Part shown: in pieces, positions 17,904 to 26,474 of the stretch | Layout: each line of letters starts with the position of its first letter | Numbering within the stretch: the stretch's first letter is position 1 | DNA from: an uncultured bacterium | GTDB lineage: Bacteria; Krumholzibacteriota; Krumholzibacteriia; Krumholzibacteriales; Krumholzibacteriaceae | Length of the DNA stretch: 64,000 nt | Assembly (NCBI GenBank): GCA_963786935.1 | Contig: CAWBAN010000001.1 | Location: forward strand, 832,001-896,000 | Reading direction: 5' to 3' | Position numbers and translations under genes: made by a program | Notes under the pieces: generated by a model | Told to the model about the DNA's origin: nothing | Database searches by the model: none | Seen by the model: only the letters and a program-made list of their open reading frames with translations

Positions 17904-19847
17904 TTACCCCGCTGCCGGACCGTTTCCTTCCGGTCCCCCGGCGCCGGGGGAATTTTCGCCCGAAGGCTCGATATCGTCGTCGTATCCTTCGTCGATATCG
18001 TAATCGGCCTGCTCGCCGGCCGGCTCGTCCTTCGACTGCCGTGCCGCGGGCCGTTCCTGATCGGCCGTCTCGCGCCTCGGGAATCTCTTCCTGAACGCGT
18101 CGATCTCCTCGGCGGAGCGCCCTTCGAGATACGCGCTCACGCTGAGGACGATCCGCTTGTTCTGCGGATCGATCTTGATGACCTTGAGCGGGATGTCCGT
18201 GCCGACGTCGAAATGGTCGGAGGGCTTCCGCAGGTTGTCGATGCCGAGATGAGAGAGCGGAACGAATCCCTCGACGTCCTCCTTGAGCTCCACGACCGCC
18301 CCGCGATCGAGCAGCCTCGTGATCTTGCCGTGAAGTTCGATTCCGATGCTGAACTCCTTCGCGAGCTCGTTCCACGGATTCTCCCTCGTCTGCTTCATTC
18401 CGAGGCTGATCCGGCGTTTTGCGCTGTCGATTTCGAGCACGACCACCTCGAGCTCGTCTCCCTTGCGGACCGCTTCGGAGGGATGGCGCACGCGTTTCGC
18501 CCACGACATGTCCGAGATGTGGACGAGGCCGTCGATTCCGTCTTCGATCTCGACGAACGCGCCGAAGTTGGTCAGGTTCCGCACCTTCCCCTTGAGGCGG
18601 GTGCCGGGCGGATATTTGCCTTCGAGTGCCTTCCAGGGATCGGGCTCAAGCTGCTTGAGCCCGAGGGAGATCTTCTCGTGCTCCTTGTCCACGTTGAGAA
18701 TGATCGCCTCGACCGTGTCGCCGATCGCGACGACCTTCGAGGGATGCTTCACGTGGCGGGTCCACGACATCTCTGAAATGTGGATGAGCCCTTCGATTCC
18801 CTTTTCGAGCTCGACGAACGCGCCGTAATCGGTGATCGAAACGACCTTGCCGCGCATCTTCGTGCCGACCGGATAGCGCTGGTCCACGCCCTCCCACGGG
18901 TACGGCGTGAGCTGCTTCAACCCGAGCGAAATACGTTCCCGCTCCCGGTCGAAATCGAGAATCTTCACCTTGAGCTTGTCGCCGATCGCGACGACTTCCG
19001 AGGGATGGCTGACCCTGCCCCACGTGAGATCCGTGAGATGCAGGAGCCCGTCGATACCGCCGAGATCCACGAAGGCGCCGAAGTCGGTGATGTTCTTCAC
19101 GACCCCTTCGCGCTCCTGCCCGACGGCGAGCTCGGCGAGGAGCTTTTTCTTCTTCTCGTCGCGCTCCTCTTCGAGAACGACGCGCCGCGATACCACGATG
19201 TTCCGGCGGCGCTTGTTGAGCTTGATGATCTTGCAGTCGAGCTCCTGTCCGATGAGCTCGTCGAGGTCGGGCACCTGCCGCAGCGCGATTTGGGAACCGG
19301 GCAGGAACGCGTCGACTCCCATCAGCTTCACGACGAGTCCGCCCTTGATCCGATGATCGACGCGGGCCTTCGCGGTGAGCCGCTTGTCGTACGATTCCTT
19401 GATGTCGTCCCACGCCTTGATGAAATCGGCTTTCTCCTTGGAGAGAACGATGAGACCGTCCTGGTTCTCCATCTTCTCGAGGTAGACGTCGAACACGTCT
19501 CCCTTCTGGACGTTCGGAGCGTTCGAGAATTCGATACGCGGTATCGAACCCTCGCTCTTGAACCCGACATTCACGATGATCTCGTTGTCGGCCACCTCGT
19601 ACACGGTGCCCTTGACGATATTTCCTTCCTGGAGCTCGGCCGCCTTCCGATTGATGTCGGCCAGGATAATGTCCCATTCGGCGTTTTGCATATCCTCGCC
19701 CGAAAGCTCCTCGGGAGCCACCTGCTCGAACATGGACAGGTACGCCTTCTTGGGCGCGCCGCCCTCTGCGTCACCACCTTTCCCGAACGATTTTTCCCCC
19801 GCCTGAGCAGGGCCCTGAATTGCGTCAAGACGCTTCTCTTCCTGCAT
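17904..19847 (-). CDS. rpsA: 30S ribosomal protein S1
   Basis: Six S1 repeats (FGAFVDLGGIDGLLH etc.), acidic tail, AGGAGG SD before ATG 19847. Confidence 0.96.
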   Translation of the reverse strand: MQEEKRLDAIQGPAQAGEKSFGKGGDAEGGAPKKAYLSMFEQVAPEELSGEDMQNAEWDIILADINRKAAELQEGNIVKGTVYEVADNEIIVNVGFKSEGSIPRIEFSNAPNVQKGDVFDVYLEKMENQDGLIVLSKEKADFIKAWDDIKESYDKRLTAKARVDHRIKGGLVVKLMGVDAFLPGSQIALRQVPDLDELIGQELDCKIIKLNKRRRNIVVSRRVVLEEERDEKKKKLLAELAVGQEREGVVKNITDFGAFVDLGGIDGLLHLTDLTWGRVSHPSEVVAIGDKLKVKILDFDRERERISLGLKQLTPYPWEGVDQRYPVGTKMRGKVVSITDYGAFVELEKGIEGLIHISEMSWTRHVKHPSKVVAIGDTVEAIILNVDKEHEKISLGLKQLEPDPWKALEGKYPPGTRLKGKVRNLTNFGAFVEIEDGIDGLVHISDMSWAKRVRHPSEAVRKGDELEVVVLEIDSAKRRISLGMKQTRENPWNELAKEFSIGIELHGKITRLLDRGAVVELKEDVEGFVPLSHLGIDNLRKPSDHFDVGTDIPLKVIKIDPQNKRIVLSVSAYLEGRSAEEIDAFRKRFPRRETADQERPAARQSKDEPAGEQADYDIDEGYDDDIEPSGENSPGAGGPEGNGPAAG

Positions 19848-19887
19848 GAATCGATCTCCTCCTTGCACTATGGAATAAGAACAATAC

Positions 19888-19916
19888 ATGATAAAGGCTT
19901 AGCGCGCCCGGCGCAA
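19888..19916 (-). promoter_or_regulatory. sigma70 promoter for rpsA
   Basis: TTGCGC-N17-TATCAT. Confidence 0.65.
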
Positions 19917-19971
19917 GCGTTTTTTGGGGGGTTCCGCGGGTGCGCACGGGGGGGGGTCGGAGGCGCGGCCG

Positions 19972-20835
19972 TCACGCCGATTCGCGTGATATTTCGTCGA
20001 GCCGCTCGACGACGGCGTCGATGATCCAGGCGGGCGTCGAGGTGCCCGTCGTCACGCCGACGCGGCGCGCCGATTCGAACCAGGCCGGATCGATGTCGCG
20101 GGCGGATTCGACGAGGCGCGCCGGGACGCCCGATTCGGCGCAGGCGCGGTGCAGACGGAGCGTGTTGGAGCTGTTCGGGCCCCCGATGACGAGCATGAGG
20201 TCGACGGTGCGGGCGAGATTGAGCATGGCGTCCCTCCGGGCTTCCGTCGCCTGGCATATCGTGTCACGGACGACGAGATCGCGCACGCGCGTGCGGAGCG
20301 CCGCGATGATATCCTCCGCCTCGCGGCGCGAAAACGTCGTCTGGATGACGACGCCCGCCCGATCGAGGGGGGCGAGCCGCTCCGCCTCCCCCGCGTCTCT
20401 GACGATGAAGGCGCGCGGACCCGCGTGGCCGGCGAGCCCCCGGACCTCGGGATGCTCGCGATCGCCGATAATGATCACGGGGATCGATTCATCGGCGAAA
20501 CGCCGCGCGTGCCGCTGGCTGAGCTGGACGAACGGGCAGGTCGCGTCGAGGATCCGGATGCCGCGCGTCTCGGCGTCCGCGATCAGATCGGGACGGACGC
20601 CGTGGGCGCGCAGAACGAGCGTGCTCCCCTTCGGAACGTCGTCGAGCGATTCGACGGGGCGCACGCCCCGCGAGCGCAGGCGATCGACCTCGAGGGGATT
20701 ATGGATAACCGCGCCGAGGGTATAGATCGCGCTTCCGACGTCCTCGAGCCCCTGCTCGATGAGGCGCATCGCCCTCATGACGCCGAAGCAGTACCCGGCG
20801 TGCGCCGACGTGATGATCTCAAACTTCCGGTTCAT
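19972..20835 (-). CDS. ispH: 4-hydroxy-3-methylbut-2-enyl diphosphate reductase
   Basis: AGYCFGV, DATCPFV, HPEV, QTT, DTICQAT, SSNT. Confidence 0.95.
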   Translation of the reverse strand: MNRKFEIITSAHAGYCFGVMRAMRLIEQGLEDVGSAIYTLGAVIHNPLEVDRLRSRGVRPVESLDDVPKGSTLVLRAHGVRPDLIADAETRGIRILDATCPFVQLSQRHARRFADESIPVIIIGDREHPEVRGLAGHAGPRAFIVRDAGEAERLAPLDRAGVVIQTTFSRREAEDIIAALRTRVRDLVVRDTICQATEARRDAMLNLARTVDLMLVIGGPNSSNTLRLHRACAESGVPARLVESARDIDPAWFESARRVGVTTGTSTPAWIIDAVVERLDEISRESA

Positions 20836-22198
20836 CCTGAAGCATCCTGATCGCGTTCCGCACCATGCCGGCGAGGACGCGGTATTCGTCCTTCGAATTG
20901 CCCGCGCGGCCGACGCCGTCCATCCTGATCGGCGGTCCGATGCGCACGACGAGCCTGCGGCGCCTCACGAGACACTCGAGCAACCGATTGGTGCCGGTGA
21001 CGCAGACGGGCACGATGCTCGCGCCGCTCTTGACCGCGACGAATCCGAGCCCCGGCTTCAGCTCGCCCAGCTCGCCCGTCCGCGACCGCGTGCCCTCGGG
21101 AAACATGAGCACGGATCGGCCCCCGCCGAGGAGATCGAAGAGACGTTTCATCGTTCTTCTCTCGATCTCCTCCCGGTCGACCGGTATCGCGTGAAACGCG
21201 CCGATGAGCCAGGCGAAGAGCGGATTCCGGAACAGCTCCTTCTTCGCCAGAAACCAGATCTCACGGTCGAACGCGCAGCCGACGACGAGCGGATCGCCGT
21301 TCGACAGATGGTTGCTCGCGGCCACGAAGCTCTCCCGGTACCGCAGATGCTCGCGCCCGGTGATGCGGAGGCCGAACACGACGCGGAAAACAGCGCGTAC
21401 GACGCGCTGCGATATCCCGAAATAGCCCGTCGTCCGGGCGAACGGGTTGGATTCGCCGGGAGCGACGGCGAGCGAACCGATCCGCTCCGCCCGCGCGAGG
21501 ACTTCCGCCTCGATGAGCGCGATCTGAGCGTCGATCGTCAACGCGGACGTATCGACGGTGAACGCCCCCGCGGGCCTGCACAGGGGGCTCAGGGACCGGC
21601 CGGAGTCCATCGCATCGCGCGCGAGTATGTTCTCCCTGATCGCGCCGAGATCTTCCTCGATTCCCATGCGGCGCAGTTGTCCCTGCCGGCGCCGCGCCCG
21701 CGCCTCGATGTCGGCGACGAGAAACACCTTCACGTCGGCGTGCGGGAAGACGACGGAACCGGTGTCCCGCCCCTCCGCCACGACGCCCCCGGCCGCGCCG
21801 ATGCGCCGCTGGATGCGCACCATGGCGCGCCGGACACCCTCGTGCCGGCTCACCGGCGAGACGAGGCGCGAGACCTCGGGCGTTCTGATCTCCCGCTCGA
21901 CGCTCGTTCCGTCCAGAAAGAGCGCCGGCTTCCCCTCGACGGTTCTGATCTCGAGATCGAGCGCGGAGGCGAGCTCCGAAACGGACGCGGCGTCTTCGGG
22001 ATCGACGCCGCGAGAGAGGGCGGCGTGGGCGACCGCGCGGTACATGGCGCCCGTATCGAGATAGGCGAGACCGAGCCGGGCCGCGAGCATCGAAGCGGTC
22101 GTGCTCTTCCCCGATCCCGCCGGCCCGTCGATCGTCACGACGAAGCGGCGCAACGCTGCTGCGGTGCGTTCCGTGAGAATCATCTCGAGATCCCGCAT
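20819..22198 (-). CDS. cmk: Cytidylate kinase fused to 1-acyl-sn-glycerol-3-phosphate acyltransferase (Cmk-PlsC)
   Basis: IDGPAGSGKST, DTGAMYR, EGRDTG followed in frame by NHLSNGD, FLAKKEL, FPEGTRS. Confidence 0.9.
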   Translation of the reverse strand: MRDLEMILTERTAAALRRFVVTIDGPAGSGKSTTASMLAARLGLAYLDTGAMYRAVAHAALSRGVDPEDAASVSELASALDLEIRTVEGKPALFLDGTSVEREIRTPEVSRLVSPVSRHEGVRRAMVRIQRRIGAAGGVVAEGRDTGSVVFPHADVKVFLVADIEARARRRQGQLRRMGIEEDLGAIRENILARDAMDSGRSLSPLCRPAGAFTVDTSALTIDAQIALIEAEVLARAERIGSLAVAPGESNPFARTTGYFGISQRVVRAVFRVVFGLRITGREHLRYRESFVAASNHLSNGDPLVVGCAFDREIWFLAKKELFRNPLFAWLIGAFHAIPVDREEIERRTMKRLFDLLGGGRSVLMFPEGTRSRTGELGELKPGLGFVAVKSGASIVPVCVTGTNRLLECLVRRRRLVVRIGPPIRMDGVGRAGNSKDEYRVLAGMVRNAIRMLQDEPEV

Positions 22199-22220
22199 GA
22201 TATCGGCCGCGCGGCGAAGG

Positions 22221-23318
22221 TCAAATCAGCCCTTTGAGCGTCTCGACGAACTTCCGGTTCTCGTAGGGCGTTCCGATCGTGACGCGGAACGTCTCCTCCC
22301 CGAGCCCGAACGGCTTCATGGGGCGAACGATGATGCCGCGATCCATCAACTGCTCGACGATGGCGCCGCTGCCGTGCGGGGGAACGGCGAGCAGGAAATT
22401 CGTCTGCGACGGGGGAACGACGAACCCGAGCTTCTGGAGCTCCTCGCGGACGAAGCGGAGCTCGTCCCGATTCTCCTTCGCCCGCACCGAGATCTTGTCC
22501 ATGTTCCGGAGCGCGGCGAGGGCGGCACCCTGCGCGACGCTGTTCACGTTGAAGGGCTGCCGCACCTTGTGGAGACAGGTGACGACGTCCTCGTGCGAGA
22601 GCGAATACCCGACGCGCAAGGCCGAAAGGGAATGGATCTTCGAGAAGGTGCGCAGCACCACGACGTTCGCTCGATCCTTGATGAGCGCGATCGTATCGGG
22701 GAAATCGCTCGCCGCGACGTATTCGAAATACGCCTCGTCGAACACGACGAGCACCTTTTCGCTCAGGCCGTCGAGGAACCGATCCACCTCGCTCTTCGAG
22801 ACGTAGGTCGCCGTCGGATTGTTCGGATTACATATGAAAACGATCTTCGTCCGGGAGGTGACGGCCGCGCGCATGGCGGCGCAATCGACGCGGTAATCCT
22901 TGAGGGGCACCTCGATCGCCTTGACGCCCGCGAGCTGGCTCACGATCGGGTACACGATGAAGCTCGGCCACGGGTAGACGATTTCCTCGTCGGGATTGAC
23001 GAACGCGCGCACGATCAGATCGAGAATCTCGTTCGAGCCGTTGCCGACGAAGACCTGGTTCGCGTTGAGCGAATGGTATTTGGCGAGCTCGACGCCCAGG
23101 TAGAAGCAGCCCGAATTGGGATAGCGGTTGGCCTGGGCTATCTCGTCGATGATGGCCTGCCGCACCTCGGGGATCGGCTCGTACGGATTCTCGTTGGAGG
23201 CGAGCTTGATGATTTCGCCGTCGAAGCTGCGCTCCCGGCGGAGCTCCTCGATCGGCTTGCCCGGCACGTACGGCTTCACGGTCTTCAGGTGCGGTCTCAT
23301 CAGATCCATGATCGACAT
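22221..23318 (-). CDS. hisC: Histidinol-phosphate aminotransferase family
   Basis: YVPGKP, KLASNENP, CNPNNPT, DEAYFEY, RTFSK, RVTIGT. Confidence 0.88.
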   Translation of the reverse strand: MSIMDLMRPHLKTVKPYVPGKPIEELRRERSFDGEIIKLASNENPYEPIPEVRQAIIDEIAQANRYPNSGCFYLGVELAKYHSLNANQVFVGNGSNEILDLIVRAFVNPDEEIVYPWPSFIVYPIVSQLAGVKAIEVPLKDYRVDCAAMRAAVTSRTKIVFICNPNNPTATYVSKSEVDRFLDGLSEKVLVVFDEAYFEYVAASDFPDTIALIKDRANVVVLRTFSKIHSLSALRVGYSLSHEDVVTCLHKVRQPFNVNSVAQGAALAALRNMDKISVRAKENRDELRFVREELQKLGFVVPPSQTNFLLAVPPHGSGAIVEQLMDRGIIVRPMKPFGLGEETFRVTIGTPYENRKFVETLKGLI

Positions 23319-23323
23319 GTCAA

Positions 23324-24076
23324 TCATTCCTCCCGTTCTGCAGTCAGTCCCGCGAGCGCGCGCAACCTCCGCTCTTCGCGCTCCGTGAGGAGCCGCATCG
23401 CGCCCGGCGCCACGTCCTCGAAGCGAAGGTCCCCGAGCGCCGTCCGAGCCAGTTCGATCGTTCGGTGCCCGAACGCCGCGAACATCAGCCTGATCTGGCG
23501 CTTCCGCCCTTCCGTGAGGCGGACCTCGAGAGTCGTTTTCCCCCGGCGGCGGCCGACGAGCGTCACGCGGCACGGCTTCGTCCGGTATCCGCCGAGATCG
23601 ACTCCCGACGCGATCGATTCGATCGTGTCGACCCCGACGCTTCCCTCGACCGTCAGGCGGTACGTCTTCTCGATCTTGAAGCGCGGGTGCGTCAAACGAT
23701 ATGCGAGATCGCCGTCGTTGGTGAGGAGGAGAATGCCCGAGGTGTCCATATCGAGCCTCCCCACCGGATACAGGCGCTCCGAAAATCCATGATCCCGGGC
23801 GAGATCGATGACCGTTTTCCGGCGGAACGAATCGCGCACGGTGCTCAGGACGCCCGCCGGCTTATTGAGCACGAGCGCCATGGTCGCCCGCGGACGCCCG
23901 ATGGCGCGCCCCTCGACCATCACCGTATCGCGGTCCGGATCGATGAGCGCGCCGAGCCGCGTCATCGTCTCCCCGTTCACCGAAACCAGCCCCGCACGTA
24001 TCAGATCGTCGCACTTCCGACGCGAGCCGACGCCCGCGCCGGCGAGCCAGCGGTTGATCCTGACCGCCTCGCTCAT
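23324..24076 (-). CDS. rluB: S4-domain rRNA pseudouridine synthase (RluB-like)
   Basis: GVGSRRKC S4 domain, LNKPAG, VGRLD, EGRKRQIR. Follows scpAB. Confidence 0.85.
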   Translation of the reverse strand: MSEAVRINRWLAGAGVGSRRKCDDLIRAGLVSVNGETMTRLGALIDPDRDTVMVEGRAIGRPRATMALVLNKPAGVLSTVRDSFRRKTVIDLARDHGFSERLYPVGRLDMDTSGILLLTNDGDLAYRLTHPRFKIEKTYRLTVEGSVGVDTIESIASGVDLGGYRTKPCRVTLVGRRRGKTTLEVRLTEGRKRQIRLMFAAFGHRTIELARTALGDLRFEDVAPGAMRLLTEREERRLRALAGLTAEREE

Positions 24077-24711
24077 GATTCTTCGGCCGCGGGCGCGCCG
24101 CCTTGATCCGGCCAGCTCGCGGGCGGCGGAACGAGCGGCTTCGAGGACTGCGCGTCGAGGGCGAACCTCCGCTCGAGCTCGTCCAGGCTCGGCAGATCCC
24201 CGAAATCCTTGAGGCCGAGATATTCGAGAAATTTCTTCGTCGTCGAATAGAGGTACGGCTTGCCGACCCCCTCGCCGCGGCCGCTGATGGCGATGAGCTC
24301 GCGCTCGACGAGCGTGGCGAGCACCCCGTCGCAATTGACCCCCCTGATCGACTCGATCTGCATCCTGCTGATCGGCTGCTTGTACGCGATGATCGCGAGC
24401 GTCTCCAGCGCGGGGAGCGTGAGCTTCGCCTTCTTCCGTCCTTTGAAGAGCCGGGAGACGACGCCGGAGAATTCGGGGAGCGTCGTGAGCTGGTATCCGC
24501 CGGCGACCTCGACGATCGTGAATCCGCGCGCCGATTCCGCGTAGAACTTCGAGAGCGCGCCGATAGCCTCGAGCACCCGCCGCGACGACGGGGCACCGGT
24601 CAATCCAGCGATTTTCGCCGCCGGCAGCGGGATGTCGGAAGCGAAGAGAAGCGCTTCGACCTCGCGTTCGAGCGAGCGGTCGTCATTGCCCCGGTCGATC
24701 GTTTCATCCAT
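24073..24711 (-). CDS. scpB: SMC-Scp complex subunit ScpB
   Basis: EALLFAS, VAGGYQL, ALETLAIIAYKQP, IRGVN, FLEYLGL. Confidence 0.93.
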   Translation of the reverse strand: MDETIDRGNDDRSLEREVEALLFASDIPLPAAKIAGLTGAPSSRRVLEAIGALSKFYAESARGFTIVEVAGGYQLTTLPEFSGVVSRLFKGRKKAKLTLPALETLAIIAYKQPISRMQIESIRGVNCDGVLATLVERELIAISGRGEGVGKPYLYSTTKKFLEYLGLKDFGDLPSLDELERRFALDAQSSKPLVPPPASWPDQGGAPAAEES

Positions 24712-25444
24712 TCGCGTCACCATCCGCATGAATATAGGGAGCGTTGCCGGGCTTGTAAAGCCAGATGTCCGCGCCGCGCGACATCTGGCGCGCGACGAGC
24801 TCGCCGAGCTTCACCATCTCGAGAATGGCGAGAAACGTCACGATGACCTCGATCTTCGCGATCTCCTGCCCGAAGAGCTCGGTGAAGAGGACTTCGGGGC
24901 GGCGTTCGAGCGTCGTTCGGATCGTCTCGATCTTCTGCTCGACGGTGACCGATTCGGGGACGATATGATACACGGCCTGCTGCTTGATGTTCTTGAGCAC
25001 GCCCTGCAGGGCTTCGAGCAGATCGAACAGCGTCACGTCCAAGCCCTCGTCGACCGGCTCGTCTGCCGGGGGCGCGGCGGTCCGCGGAAAGACCTTGCGG
25101 CGGTCCTCCTCCTTCGCGGCGAGATCCCGCGCCGCCTCCTTGAACTTCCGGTACTCGAGGAGATTCCGGACGAGCTCCTCGCGCGGATCGACCTCCTCCT
25201 CCTCGATCCCTTCATGCCGCGGCAGAAGCATCTGGGACTTGATGCGCATGAGGGTGGCCGCCATGACGAAGAAGTCCCCCGCCAGCTCCAGCTCGAGCTC
25301 CTGCATGATTTCGATGTACGCGAGGTACTCGCGCGTTATGTGCGAAATCGGGATATCGTAGATGTTGATCTTGTCGCGCCTGATGAGATGCAGGAGGAGA
25401 TCGAGGGGCCCCTCGAACTGCACGAGGCGGACCTGGTATGTCAT
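24704..25444 (-). CDS. scpA: Segregation/condensation kleisin ScpA
   Basis: FEGPLDLLLHLI, IKSQMLLP, VTFLAILEM. Confidence 0.93.
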   Translation of the reverse strand: MTYQVRLVQFEGPLDLLLHLIRRDKINIYDIPISHITREYLAYIEIMQELELELAGDFFVMAATLMRIKSQMLLPRHEGIEEEEVDPREELVRNLLEYRKFKEAARDLAAKEEDRRKVFPRTAAPPADEPVDEGLDVTLFDLLEALQGVLKNIKQQAVYHIVPESVTVEQKIETIRTTLERRPEVLFTELFGQEIAKIEVIVTFLAILEMVKLGELVARQMSRGADIWLYKPGNAPYIHADGDANG

Positions 25445-25516
25445 TGAAGAGCCTCCCCCCGAGCGCGCTGCTTTCGCCGCAACGAATGACGCCTGAACGA
25501 GTTATTCGGAAAAGGA

Positions 25517-25545
25517 ATCCTAGGCGAATGAACGCGCGATGTCAA
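25517..25545 (-). promoter_or_regulatory. sigma70 promoter for scpA
   Basis: TTGACA-N17-TAGGAT. Confidence 0.75.
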
Positions 25546-25553
25546 GCGTTCCT

Positions 25554-26474
25554 TCAGCCGCGCGGGTGGAAGGTGCGATGCACCTCGAGCAGGTAATCCA
25601 TGTCGAGCTTCGTGTAGATCTGCGTCGTCGAAATGCTCGAATGCCCCAGGAGCTCCTGCACCGCGCGCAGATCCGCTCCCCCCTCCAGCAGATGAGTGGC
25701 GAACGAATGCCGGAGCGTATGCGGACTGATGCGCCCCGAAAAACCCGCTCGCCCGGCGTAATGGCGCAGCAGCTTCCAGAAGCCGACGCGCGAGAGCGGG
25801 CCGCCGCGATAATTGAGAAAGACGTACGCCGAAATCCGCGCGCCGAGGAGCGCGGGGCGCGCCCCGGAGAGGTAGCTCGACAACGCCGCGTCGGCGCTCC
25901 GGCCGTAAGGAACGATCCGCTCCTTGCTCCCTTTGCCGCGAACGCGCACGAATCGCCGGTCGCGGTCGATATTCTCGAACCTGAGGCCGCACAACTCGGA
26001 TACCCGGAGCCCGGTGGAATAATCGAGCTCGAGGAGGGCCCGGTCGCGCACGCCGAGCGGGCTCGCGTCCGGGAGCGCGATGAGCGCGTCGATTTCGTGC
26101 GGCGCGAGCACGAAGGGGATCTTTCGCAGCACCTTCGGGGTGGCGAGGCGGCCGATCGCGGCGTCCGGCAGCGTCCCCGCTTCGTGGAGAAAGCGGAAGA
26201 ATCCCTTCAGTGCGCTCAACGTCCTTGCTCTGGAAGAAGGGCTCCTGCCGATCTCCGATTCCGCGAGATACGCGAGAACGCCCTCCATGGAAAGATCCTG
26301 CGGGCGTCCGGCGCCGGATGCTCCCAGATACTTCATAAACTCATTTATGTCATGTTCGTATGCTTTTATCGTTAAAGCCGTTAAGCCCTTTTCTATTCGA
26401 ATGTAATCGATGTATCGCCTCGCGAGCGTTTGGCGCTCTTCGCCGCGATCGCTATTTTCGGTGGATGAACTCAT
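25554..26474 (-). CDS. xerD: Tyrosine recombinase XerD
   Basis: GLRVSEL, GKGSKER, SPHTLRHSFATHLLEGGADLR, LGH, TTQIYT, FHPR. Adjacent to scpAB. Confidence 0.9.
   Translation of the reverse strand: MSSSTENSDRGEERQTLARRYIDYIRIEKGLTALTIKAYEHDINEFMKYLGASGAGRPQDLSMEGVLAYLAESEIGRSPSSRARTLSALKGFFRFLHEAGTLPDAAIGRLATPKVLRKIPFVLAPHEIDALIALPDASPLGVRDRALLELDYSTGLRVSELCGLRFENIDRDRRFVRVRGKGSKERIVPYGRSADAALSSYLSGARPALLGARISAYVFLNYRGGPLSRVGFWKLLRHYAGRAGFSGRISPHTLRHSFATHLLEGGADLRAVQELLGHSSISTTQIYTKLDMDYLLEVHRTFHPRG

Noticed and set aside
19948..19956. G9 homopolymer upstream of the rpsA promoter as a phase-variation tract
   Set aside because: It lies outside the -35/-10 spacer and outside coding sequence, in front of an essential gene.
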